A DNA stretch of 42,541 bases from a virus. Taxonomy: Duplodnaviria > Caudoviricetes. The notes under the pieces are model-generated. The model saw only the letters and a list, made by a program, of their open reading frames with translations, ran no database searches and was not told the DNA's origin. Location of the stretch: IMG/VR virus record IMGVR_UViG_3300048848_000078, positions 1 to 42,541 of that record; one strand, 5' to 3'. Positions 1-7,395 of the stretch are shown piece after piece. The position numbers and the translations under genes were made by a program. Each line of letters begins with the position of its first letter. Position 1 is the first letter of the stretch.

Positions 1-223
1 AACGTCGGATGCGGTCACGCAGCCGCTCGAAGTAGGTGCCATCGAGTTCGGAACCCGACCCCGAGGTCATCCCGTCGACGATGAGGCCGCGCAACTCCTC
101 CCGCGCCTGTTCGCGGCGGATGAGCTCACGCACGAACTCGCTGCTCGTGCCGTACCGCTCCCCCACCTGCGACTCGACGAAATCCTTCAGCGCCGGCGGC
201 AGAGACACATTCATCGTCACCAT
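1..223 (-). CDS. parD: Host type II antitoxin, ParD/CC2985-like ribbon-helix-helix protein (partial, runs off left edge)
   Basis: Manual translation from ATG at 223: MVTMNVSLPPALKDFVESQVGERYGTSSEFVRELIRREQAREELRGLIVDGMTSG..., typical of ParD-family RHH antitoxins. Not in the ORF track because no stop lies in the window. Confidence 0.8.
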   Translation of the reverse strand, partial: MVTMNVSLPPALKDFVESQVGERYGTSSEFVRELIRREQAREELRGLIVDGMTSGSGSELDGTYFERLRDRIRR

Positions 224-229
224 GGGTCA

Positions 230-257
230 AGGGTACCGCCGTTGGCAAAGATTGCCA
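230..257 (-). promoter_or_regulatory. Probable leaderless parD promoter with palindromic operator
   Basis: Minus-strand TACCCT -10 (235-230) lies 6 nt before the ATG; palindrome TGGCAA-AGA-TTGCCA at 243-257 fits TA autoregulation. Confidence 0.4.
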
Positions 258-275
258 TCGAACGTGGCCAACGAC

Positions 276-303
276 GAAGCGGCCCGCTTTCGCGAGCCGC
301 TTC
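276..303 (-). terminator. Original host tRNA-Arg terminator hairpin, displaced by integration
   Basis: Minus strand GAAGCGGCTCGC-GAAA-GCGGGCCGCTTC directly after the duplicated tRNA 3' end. Confidence 0.7.
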
Positions 304-307
304 TGGT

Positions 308-357
308 GTGCGCCCTAAGGGATTCGAACCCCTGGCCTTCTGATCCGTAGTCAGACG
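308..357. repeat. Left att core (duplicated 3' part of tRNA-Arg)
   Basis: GTGCGCCCTAAGGGATTCGAACCCCTGGCCTTCTGATCCGTAGTCAGACG is identical to 42435-42484. Confidence 0.97.
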
Positions 358-375
358 AAATGGTCCTGTTCTGGC

Positions 376-405
376 TTGCATTCGTTCATATGTGAGCACT
401 AGAGT
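376..405 (+). promoter_or_regulatory. SigA-type promoter just inside the left att, driving the operon that ends in int
   Basis: TTGCAT(376-381)-N18-TAGAGT(400-405); spacer contains the operator-like CGTTCATATGTGAGCA. Confidence 0.6.
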
Positions 406-473
406 GTCAGATGTGCCCGCACACGCCCGCCCGGGTTTGTAGCGGTGAATACACGGCGAGAATGCACCAAGAA

Positions 474-503
474 AGGGCCGCAGCGCGGTAACGCTACGGC
501 CCT
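474..503. promoter_or_regulatory. Stem-loop with CGGTAA loop preceded by AAGAA
   Basis: AGGGCCG/CGGCCCT plus AGCG/CGCT stem; same architecture as 5312-5333. Confidence 0.55.
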
Positions 504-535
504 CGAATCGCCCCTGACAGAACCAGGAACGAACA

Positions 536-781
536 ATGCAGGATACCAACCTCGGACACAGAAGAGCCGCCGCGGAGGACCCGATCGGCGGTGTCACCAG
601 AAGAGGCGCGGGGGACAACGGCGTCCCCGCCTCCACACCGACCGGCATCGCGATCACCCTCTGCGGAACGTGCGGCGTCAGCCACCCAGTCACTCGCTCT
701 CACTGCGTCGTCTGCGGTTCAGCGTCGCTGTTCATCCACGCCGGCCGATGCCTGGCGCACGCCTGGCCGCTAGCCGCCTGA
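536..781 (+). CDS. Small zinc-ribbon protein
   Basis: AGGA RBS; CGTC...CVVC pairs; first gene after the att-proximal promoter. Confidence 0.6.
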   Translation: MQDTNLGHRRAAAEDPIGGVTRRGAGDNGVPASTPTGIAITLCGTCGVSHPVTRSHCVVCGSASLFIHAGRCLAHAWPLAA

Positions 782-792
782 GGAGGCACACC

Positions 793-1062
793 ATGAACGA
801 GAACGCACTGACCGAGTACGACCGGGAGCGCGCCCGGGCGAAGGCTGCGAGAGAGGAGGCCCGATACCTGCGTGACCTCCACCGCACGGCCACCTGCGGC
901 CTTCCGATGAAGTACACCGGCATTCACTACGGGACGGCCGAGGTGCGCATCCACATCGCCGCCCGTGTCGCCGACCAGTACCTCGGCTGGGCAGACGAGT
1001 ACGACGCCATCGCCGACGCGATCGAGGAGAAGCTGACGGCCCGTCTGGCGGTGTCCTCGTGA
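793..1062 (+). CDS. Hypothetical phage protein
   Basis: AGGAGG RBS before ATG 793 (MNENALTEY...); GTGA overlap with next gene. Confidence 0.75.
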   Translation: MNENALTEYDRERARAKAAREEARYLRDLHRTATCGLPMKYTGIHYGTAEVRIHIAARVADQYLGWADEYDAIADAIEEKLTARLAVSS

Positions 1063-1556
1063 CCGCTTCTGCCGCCGGCACGTTCGTCATCGGCGACGTG
1101 GTCGACTACACCCCGGACGTCGACTACACCGGTCGCCCTGCCCGCCACTGCCGCGAGGGTGTCGCCACTGTAGCCGAGCGGGGAGACGGAACCCTCTATC
1201 TGGCCGACACCTTCTGGACCTCCGGCGGGGATCGGCACGTGCTCACCCCAACCGAAGCCGCCACGGCCACCCTCCGTTTCAACACCGACGGATACCGCGA
1301 GCTCGGCTACAACGAGAACAGGGAGAGCATCCCGCGCGAGCACTGGCAGGAGATCCCCTCGCAGCACGGCCTCGTCAAGCGGCGGTTCGTCCGCATCGAA
1401 GCCGGGCCGACGTGGGAGCAGAAGCACGCGAATGCCCGCCAGGACATCATCGACGCCCAGCACGAGGTAGCCAGCGCGCTGTCGAAGCTCCAGAGCGCTC
1501 GGACCTTCGCTGAGTACCTGCACGAGCGCGAGGACGAGGGAGTGAAGCCATGGTGA
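1059..1556 (+). CDS. Hypothetical phage protein
   Basis: Coupled ORF with high GC3 codon usage and C-terminal coiled coil. Confidence 0.75.
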   Translation: MTASAAGTFVIGDVVDYTPDVDYTGRPARHCREGVATVAERGDGTLYLADTFWTSGGDRHVLTPTEAATATLRFNTDGYRELGYNENRESIPREHWQEIPSQHGLVKRRFVRIEAGPTWEQKHANARQDIIDAQHEVASALSKLQSARTFAEYLHEREDEGVKPW

Positions 1557-1726
1557 CCGCTCTCACCCCTGACGACCTAGCCCCGAAGCGGGCGACCTGC
1601 AAGCACTGCAAGAAGCCCATCAAGCTGCTGTGGACAGGCATATGGACGCACGACGTGGTTATGACCGACAACCAGGTCGCGTGCATCAGCACCACACGCG
1701 CCGAGCCAAAGAAGGTCCGCTCATGA
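1550..1726 (+). CDS. Small Cys/His protein (58 aa)
   Basis: Manual translation MVTALTPDDLAPKRATCKHCKKPIKLLWTGIWTH...; GGAG RBS; ATGA overlap with next gene. Confidence 0.6.
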   Translation: MVTALTPDDLAPKRATCKHCKKPIKLLWTGIWTHDVVMTDNQVACISTTRAEPKKVRS

Positions 1727-2430
1727 GTGACCACACATCTCTCACCCCTGACGACCTGGCCCGCATCGAAGAACTCGCAGAGAAGGCCACACCCGGGCCA
1801 TGGGAGATCGACGCAATCGAGAGCGGCGAACACGGCCTGTTCATCGAGGAGGAATCGACGGAGCTCGGAGTGGGAGGTCGCCAGGTTGCTGGATGGCTGA
1901 CCGCCCCAAACGCCGAGTTCATAGCCGCCGCTCGCACTGCTGTCCCTGCCCTGGTGGCTGGGGTGCGGTCCCGCGACGAACGGATCACCGAACTCGAAGC
2001 ACAACTCGCAGAGTCGACCACGCTCGCCGGCGCGACGACCTGCGGTCAGATCAACGCGTGGCCCTCGACGCCTGGGGAGTTCGCGACCCGCTGGAACGCG
2101 GCTACCGAGGAGGCGCGCGCCGACCGCTTGGCGGGGATGATCGACGCATCCGAGCGGTCCCTCGCGTGTCTACTCGGCGAGCATCTCAACCACATCGCCC
2201 AGATGGAAGCCGCTCACGCATCCGCCCGGGCCGAAGCCCGCGCTGAGGCCCTGAGGGATGCGCTGGCCGAGATCGTCAAGGATGCGCCGTCGCTCAATGC
2301 GGAACTGACGCTCACCCCTGCGGGTGTGGTCGAGGACAAGGGCATGGCGGCCTACGTCGAGGGCATGCATGACGCATGGGCCGCAGTGAACAGCCTCATC
2401 ATCACCGAGCGGGCAGGAGCCGACCAGTGA
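1723..2430 (+). CDS. Ead/Ea22-like phage protein
   Basis: Signature AEKATPGPW...NAEFIAAARTAVPALV followed by coiled coil; start ATG 1723. Confidence 0.7.
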   Translation: MSDHTSLTPDDLARIEELAEKATPGPWEIDAIESGEHGLFIEEESTELGVGGRQVAGWLTAPNAEFIAAARTAVPALVAGVRSRDERITELEAQLAESTTLAGATTCGQINAWPSTPGEFATRWNAATEEARADRLAGMIDASERSLACLLGEHLNHIAQMEAAHASARAEARAEALRDALAEIVKDAPSLNAELTLTPAGVVEDKGMAAYVEGMHDAWAAVNSLIITERAGADQ

Positions 2431-2621
2431 AGACCCCAGCCGACTTTGATGCCATGCCCGCGGGCACCGTAGTTCGCACCCATCACGGCTCTCAGTGGAC
2501 GAAGCGGCCGTCGGGAATGTGGCGCGTTGACTCCGACCCGGACTGGGGCCCTCACACCTCTCGCGACATCCCGGCCTATGCGGAGGTGGTCGACATCCCC
2601 GTGCGTGAGCAGCTGAGGTGA
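2427..2621 (+). CDS. Hypothetical phage protein
   Basis: GTG start overlapping the upstream stop; AGGAG RBS; DAMPAGTVVR pattern common in small actinophage proteins. Confidence 0.65.
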   Translation: MKTPADFDAMPAGTVVRTHHGSQWTKRPSGMWRVDSDPDWGPHTSRDIPAYAEVVDIPVREQLR

Positions 2622-2663
2622 AGATCGAAATCGCTTATACCGACCCGAAATAAGGAGTTTCGC

Positions 2664-3926
2664 ATGGTGGTGAAGAAGAAGGTGCGCCGCGGCGCCGGCG
2701 AGGGCTCGATCTTCAAAGACGGCCGCGGACTCTGGACCGCCGTCATCGAGCTCCCCCGCTACGACGACGGTAAGCGCCGCAAGAAGATCGTCCGATCCAA
2801 GGACAAGCGGGTCGTGCTCGCCAAGCTCCAAGAGCTGCAGGCCGAGAAGAAGAAGAGCGGCGACCTCCCGACGCGGGACATGACTGTCGCGGAGTGGATG
2901 GACTACTGGTTCACGAACGTCTGCGTCAAGGAGACCGTCCCCAAGACGTCGAATAACTACAAGTCGCTCATCAAGAACCACATCCTCCCCCACGTCGGCG
3001 GAATCAAGCTCGGGAAGCTCACCACCGCCGACATTCGGGCCATGTGCAACAGCATCACCGCGTCCGGCAGGTCATCCACCACGGCCCTGCAGGTGTACCG
3101 CATCCTCTCCGGGGCGCTCACCGTCGCCGTGCAAGACGGAAAGCTTGCGCGCAACGTCGCCACGGCCATGAAGGCGCCCAGGAAGAACGTCGCCGACCTC
3201 GACGCCCTCACCGTGGATCAGTCCATTCAGGTACTCCGCACCGCTGTCGATGACCCCTACGAGGCGCTCTGGTTCGCGATCTTCCTCACCACCGCCCGAC
3301 AAGGTGAACTCTGCGGCCTCGAGCTCGACCGCGTCACCGACAGCATCGAAGTGTCCTGGCAGCTGCAGCGCCTCACCTGGCAACACGGATGCAGCCCACG
3401 CTGCGGGTGGAAGTACGGCGCCCGGTGCGAGCAACGCAAGATCGACGCCCCCGCAAACTACGAACTCAGGCACGTCACCGGGGGGCTATGGCTCACCCGC
3501 CCGAAGTCGAAGTCCGGGTACCGTGTCATCCCCATGGCAGACATCCTCGCCGCGGCCATGCAGCGACAACTCGAACGCGACGCAGCCACCCCGAACCCTC
3601 ATGGGCTGGTCTTCCGCAACCCGGATGGCAGCCCGCTCGAGCCCCGAAAGGTGCAGGACCTCTGGCACGAACTACTCAAGCGCGCCGGAGTGCCGGACAT
3701 CCGCTTCCACGATGGGCGCCACACCGCGATCGATCTTCTCTACGAAGCCGGAGTCCCCGAAGACCTCATCATCGAGATAGCCGGCCACTCCGCGAAGGGC
3801 CAGTCCCGCAGCTACAAATCGAGGGGCAACAAGACCCGCCTGACGGCCGCGGTCGGGCAGGTGTCCGCGCTCGTCAACCTGCCAGACGGTGGACGTTCAG
3901 GAACGTCCTCATTAACCTCGTCGTGA
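2664..3926 (+). CDS. int: Tyrosine integrase
   Basis: N-terminal RRGAGEGSIF arm-binding motif; catalytic R (TARQGEL), K (PKSKSG), HxxR (FHDGRH), AGHS and Y (SRSY); AAGGAG RBS. Confidence 0.95.
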   Translation: MVVKKKVRRGAGEGSIFKDGRGLWTAVIELPRYDDGKRRKKIVRSKDKRVVLAKLQELQAEKKKSGDLPTRDMTVAEWMDYWFTNVCVKETVPKTSNNYKSLIKNHILPHVGGIKLGKLTTADIRAMCNSITASGRSSTTALQVYRILSGALTVAVQDGKLARNVATAMKAPRKNVADLDALTVDQSIQVLRTAVDDPYEALWFAIFLTTARQGELCGLELDRVTDSIEVSWQLQRLTWQHGCSPRCGWKYGARCEQRKIDAPANYELRHVTGGLWLTRPKSKSGYRVIPMADILAAAMQRQLERDAATPNPHGLVFRNPDGSPLEPRKVQDLWHELLKRAGVPDIRFHDGRHTAIDLLYEAGVPEDLIIEIAGHSAKGQSRSYKSRGNKTRLTAAVGQVSALVNLPDGGRSGTSSLTSS

Positions 3927-4299
3927 CCCCGAGCTCGAGCGCGAGCCGGTGACAGTCCGGCGTCCACTTCATCAGCTCTACACACTCGTCCAGGTCGATC
4001 AGGTTGTTAGCCGCAACCCGGTCGGCCTGGATTTCGTATTTGGGCCTGTCGTCCGGGTGTCCGAGGATTGCGTGACCGAGACCGTGGGCGCAGGCGTTCC
4101 GCTGGTGGACGGACCGGAGCCCCTTCTGGATGATCAGGGTGTGGAAGTCCGGGTACCAGCGTTCGTTCGCGGTGCGGATGTCGTCGAACAGCACCTGGAT
4201 GCCGAGCATGTCGGCGTGCTCGAACGGGTCGTATTTCCGGCCGATCTCAGGTGGGGTCAGGTTCGTTCTGTTCAAACTCTGGGTCGGTCGTAGCGGCAC
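3874..4299 (-). CDS. ImmA/IrrE-family metallopeptidase (anti-repressor) with HGxxH in place of HExxH
   Basis: YDPFEHADMLGI...QRNACAHGLGHAILGH...YEIQADRVAANNLI...LALELGVT; co-oriented downstream of the repressor; GGAGG RBS before GTG 4299. Confidence 0.85.
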   Translation of the reverse strand: MPLRPTQSLNRTNLTPPEIGRKYDPFEHADMLGIQVLFDDIRTANERWYPDFHTLIIQKGLRSVHQRNACAHGLGHAILGHPDDRPKYEIQADRVAANNLIDLDECVELMKWTPDCHRLALELGVTTRLMRTFLNVHRLAG

Positions 4300-4726
4300 T
4301 GCGCAACCCCTCCCGTTCCTCCGGCGTCATCGCCTTGATCGCTTCCTGCTTCCGGCGACGTGCCGCCAGGTCATCAGTTGTAGCGGGTTCCTCCGACACC
4401 GGAGGGAGATCGATCGGGGTGATGCCGAACTCGGCGTTGATCTTGTCCATGCCACCAGCTCGTTCGACAGCCCGCGAGACGAGGTCGGCAGAGGTGATCG
4501 GGGCGCGGCGGTAGAGGTTGATGACCCCCACCATGGCGAGGAGATCGCCCACGTTGACGTCGACGGTCGCAGCGAGGATGCGGCGCATGGTGCTGTAGGC
4601 GATCCCCGACTCGGCGGCGAAGCGCTCGACGCTGATCTTCTTGCCGTCGCTGTCCCGCAGGCTCGATCGTTCGCCGTCTAATTCCTCCGCCATCGCGCGG
4701 TTGATGCTCGACTGTTTGCTGTCCAC
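4247..4726 (-). CDS. XRE-family immunity repressor
   Basis: HTH ISVERFAAESGIAYSTMRRIL; divergent from the cro-like gene; GTG 4726 preceded by a TAGGCT -10 (start inferred). Confidence 0.8.
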   Translation of the reverse strand: MDSKQSSINRAMAEELDGERSSLRDSDGKKISVERFAAESGIAYSTMRRILAATVDVNVGDLLAMVGVINLYRRAPITSADLVSRAVERAGGMDKINAEFGITPIDLPPVSEEPATTDDLAARRRKQEAIKAMTPEEREGLRSAATTDPEFEQNEPDPT

Positions 4727-4827
4727 GATCAGACAGCCTATCGGCGAGAGTGACCAAAAAGTAGCCAGATGTGACCCGCACACGCTTGCCTATCCGCGTT
4801 TGGTCAGTTACTGTTCATATATGGATA
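4727..4827. promoter_or_regulatory. Genetic switch: divergent promoters and candidate operators
   Basis: Rightward TTGCCT(4786-4791)-N17-TACTGT(4809-4814), 6 nt before ATG 4821 (leaderless); leftward TAGGCT (4740-4735); quasi-palindromes TATCCGCGTTTGGTCA (4791-4806) and TGTTCATATATGGATA (4812-4827). Confidence 0.7.
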
Positions 4828-5045
4828 GAAGAGCAACCGCAGAAGCGGTGGGGCGCAACGTAACTCGCGCTTCCCGCCGCGCTGGTGTGGACACCTCCAC
4901 CCTCGCCCAAGCCACCGACATTCACCCCTCGGACATGGAATCGCGCCTCGACGGCACCAGCGATCTCACTCTGTCCGAGTTGGTGCGTGTCGGTGGCTTT
5001 TTGCGTTTGCGCCCCGACCACCTCCTGAAAGGAGCCGGCGCATGA
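4821..5045 (+). CDS. Cro-like XRE HTH protein
   Basis: GVDTSTLAQATDIHPSDMESRLDGTSDLTLSELVRV; first gene of the early rightward operon. Confidence 0.8.
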   Translation: MDRRATAEAVGRNVTRASRRAGVDTSTLAQATDIHPSDMESRLDGTSDLTLSELVRVGGFLRLRPDHLLKGAGA

Positions 5046-5287
5046 AAGCCGCCCAGGCAGTACCCCTCGACGACAAGTTCGTCATCACCTTCGACCGGGC
5101 CGCGTACTCCGTCCCCGAGTGGGCCAAGGCATGCGGCCGCGGCGAGACCGTCGTGTACAAGCACATCGAAGCCGGGAACCTCGTCCCCCAGTACCCCGAC
5201 TCGAAGGCGATGATCACGCTCGAAGAAGGCCTGCGGTGGCTCAGATCGCTGCCCGACGAGCCACCGGCCCGCGCAACAGCCGCCTGA
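5042..5287 (+). CDS. Excisionase-like HTH DNA-binding protein
   Basis: AAYSVPEWAKACGRGETVVYKHIEAGNL winged-HTH pattern. Confidence 0.7.
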   Translation: MKAAQAVPLDDKFVITFDRAAYSVPEWAKACGRGETVVYKHIEAGNLVPQYPDSKAMITLEEGLRWLRSLPDEPPARATAA

Positions 5288-5311
5288 GCGCACTCCCCTG
5301 CACATGAAAGA

Positions 5312-5333
5312 AGCCCCGGGGGCAACCGGGGCT
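5312..5333. promoter_or_regulatory. Stem-loop with GGGCAA loop preceded by AAAGA
   Basis: AGCCCCGG/CCGGGGCT perfect 8-bp stem; on the minus strand it is followed by TCTTT. Confidence 0.55.
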
Positions 5334-5358
5334 CCAACAACGAAAGGACTCACATCCA

Positions 5359-5751
5359 ATGTCTGAAATCAACGGTACCGCAAGAGCCGAGGTGAGAACA
5401 CTGGCGCACCGCAACGACCCCGACGCGTCCGTCGCTGCCGCCGAGTTCCAGGTGCGCAACGCCTCCCGGAACCAGCGCGTGAAGGACGCCATCCTCGGGC
5501 TGCTCGCGGAGGAGCCGCGCACTTCGTTCGAGCTGCAGGACGCCTACTTCTCGTGGCGGATGGTCAACGACTGGCCCGACGTGCAGGTGCACTCAGTGAG
5601 CCGGCGCCTGTCGGAACTGCACCGCGCTGGCCTCGTGCGCGCGGTGGAGGACGCCGGAGGTGTGCAGGTGCGCCGGCCGTCGCCGTCGGGTGCGACCGCC
5701 ACCGTCTGGGAGATCGTCCCGGAGCAGCAGGAAGCGCAGGCCGCAGCATGA
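5359..5751 (+). CDS. Winged-HTH DNA-binding protein
   Basis: AHRNDPDASVAAA...SVSRRLSELHRAGLV...SPSGATATVW; AAAGGA RBS. Confidence 0.75.
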   Translation: MSEINGTARAEVRTLAHRNDPDASVAAAEFQVRNASRNQRVKDAILGLLAEEPRTSFELQDAYFSWRMVNDWPDVQVHSVSRRLSELHRAGLVRAVEDAGGVQVRRPSPSGATATVWEIVPEQQEAQAAA

Positions 5752-6101
5752 CGACGCGCACTCTTCGGAACGACGGCTTCGACCAGCCGACCGATGTTCC
5801 CGCAGTCGCTCTCGCGTTCGGCGGCGACATGTCCATCCTGATGCCCGACTATGCGACCGTCCCTGAGGACTTCAAGCGCTGGCGCGGACAGGGTGCCGCC
5901 GCCCCCTGGTGCGAGTTCGTCACGGACTGGTTCTTCAAGGGCGTGCAGCTCGCCCGACTCACTCCGCGCACCGACGTCGACCCGAAGACTGCCATCAACC
6001 ACGCGAAAGCGATCATGGCGTCCTGGGAGCCGAAGCACGAGCACAAGGAAGCCGCCGTCGCATGGCTCCTGTCGCGCTGGTTCGAGGCGGTGACCGCATG
6101 A
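5748..6101 (+). CDS. Hypothetical phage protein
   Basis: ATGA-coupled; ...SWEPKHEHKEAAVAWLLSRWF. Confidence 0.75.
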   Translation: MTTRTLRNDGFDQPTDVPAVALAFGGDMSILMPDYATVPEDFKRWRGQGAAAPWCEFVTDWFFKGVQLARLTPRTDVDPKTAINHAKAIMASWEPKHEHKEAAVAWLLSRWFEAVTA

Positions 6102-6244
6102 GCCGCTTCGACGTGTGCGAGTTCCGCACCGGCCGGGTCGTCTCCTCCACCCGACTCTTCGACGTCGCGTTCAGCCACGCCATCCGCCTGTACCGGGCGT
6201 CCGACAACCGGACCTCGTACGTGGTGAAGGAGGTCGCCCTGTGA
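6098..6244 (+). CDS. Small hypothetical protein
   Basis: ATGA overlap; MSRFDVCEFRTGRVVSS... Confidence 0.6.
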   Translation: MSRFDVCEFRTGRVVSSTRLFDVAFSHAIRLYRASDNRTSYVVKEVAL

Positions 6245-6351
6245 CCATCCGCGACGTGTGCGACGAGTGCGAGCGCCTCCGCGCCCCGCTCTACAGCACC
6301 CCCGAACACCGCACCTGCTACCACCGCATCCCCGAGGAGCCCTGCTCATGA
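6241..6351 (+). CDS. Small Cys/His protein
   Basis: AAGGAGG RBS, GTGA overlap; MTIRDVCDECERL...CYH. Confidence 0.55.
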   Translation: MTIRDVCDECERLRAPLYSTPEHRTCYHRIPEEPCS

Positions 6352-6659
6352 CCGACGAAAAGAAGACCGTCTCCGTCGAAATCCCCAAGAGGTGGATGCT
6401 GGTCGAGCCCTGCGGGTGCATCGACGGCGTCTGCGTCGGGGCTAGGTCCGATGGCACCGTGCACTGCGCAACCGAAGAGCAGGCTTGGTCGCGGTTCTAC
6501 GAGCGCAACCGCGACCGTGAGCGCGACCAGAAGCGCGGTTACACGATCCGTGCTGAGGGTGACGGCGACTGGGAGCTCTTTCGCCTCCCGCTCACCGAGC
6601 AGCACTCACGCCACCCCGAGCTTCTCCTCATCAAGCCGGACGCGGTGGTGGCATCATGA
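6348..6659 (+). CDS. Hypothetical phage protein
   Basis: GAGGAG RBS, ATGA overlap; PCGCIDGV. Confidence 0.7.
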   Translation: MTDEKKTVSVEIPKRWMLVEPCGCIDGVCVGARSDGTVHCATEEQAWSRFYERNRDRERDQKRGYTIRAEGDGDWELFRLPLTEQHSRHPELLLIKPDAVVAS

Positions 6660-6898
6660 CGCTCCTCACCGATGCCCTCCTGTCCATGGCCGACCGCAAC
6701 CCGCTCCGCGACACGATCCCGACCCGCACGTGGACGATCTACCGGTACCAGCGCAACACCGACCGCACCCTCGACCGGGAAGAGACCGGCCACGAGTTCT
6801 CCGACTACCGCACCGCTGAGGCGTACGCGGAGGGCCTGTGCAACTCGACCCAGGTGGGGGAACGGTTCTGGTTCGAAGCCGAAGAGGCCGACGCATGA
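6656..6898 (+). CDS. Hypothetical phage protein
   Basis: ATGA overlaps at both ends. Confidence 0.7.
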   Translation: MTLLTDALLSMADRNPLRDTIPTRTWTIYRYQRNTDRTLDREETGHEFSDYRTAEAYAEGLCNSTQVGERFWFEAEEADA

Positions 6899-7395
6899 GG
6901 GTCCTGACCGTTCGGCAGCCGTGGGCGTGGGCCATCATCCACGGCGGCAAGGACGTCGAGAACCGGGTACGGAATCTGGCTGGCGACTACCGCGGACCGA
7001 TCGCCATTCATGCGGGTCTTGCCGTGTTCGAGGAAGAGGGAGGCGGCTACCCGGAGGTCGTGCGCGCCATCGAATCCGAGATCCAGGGGTACCGCGTCAG
7101 CGATGACTACCTGTGGGAAGTGGCTGACGACCTCGACCCCGAGGACCCTCGCTTCGTCTACGGCGCAATCCTCGGCGTGGTCGACCTCGTCGGCGCGCAC
7201 CGCACCCAGGGGAATGGGGAGTGCAGACCGGCGGGGCTCGGGTGGTGCAGCCGCTGGGCCGAGTCGGGCGATCTGTGGCACCTGCGGCTCGCAGATCCGC
7301 GGCCACTGACTGCGCCGATCCCATTCAAAGGCGCTCTCGGTCTCCGCACACTGCCCGACGACGTTGAGGCACAAATTCGGGCGGTCCTCTCGTGA
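6895..7395 (+). CDS. ASCH domain protein
   Basis: LTVRQPWAWAIIHGGKDVENR...RGPIAIHAG...GAILGVVDL...PIPFKGALGL. Confidence 0.88.
   Translation: MRVLTVRQPWAWAIIHGGKDVENRVRNLAGDYRGPIAIHAGLAVFEEEGGGYPEVVRAIESEIQGYRVSDDYLWEVADDLDPEDPRFVYGAILGVVDLVGAHRTQGNGECRPAGLGWCSRWAESGDLWHLRLADPRPLTAPIPFKGALGLRTLPDDVEAQIRAVLS

Noticed and set aside
1-223. Toxin-antitoxin system as prophage cargo
   Set aside because: The antitoxin lies outside the att core and its toxin partner is not in the window.
308-357. A second tRNA-Arg gene at the left end
   Set aside because: Only the anticodon arm to 3' end is present; it is the att duplication.
36-693. ORFs 36-350 (+) and 217-693 (-)
   Set aside because: They cross the att core and terminator; the ParD-like frame on the minus strand explains the coding signal.
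4727-4827. LexA/SOS box at the switch
   Set aside because: No TCGAAC-N4-GTTCGA-like site seen; the GTTC-containing motifs have different spacing and orientation.
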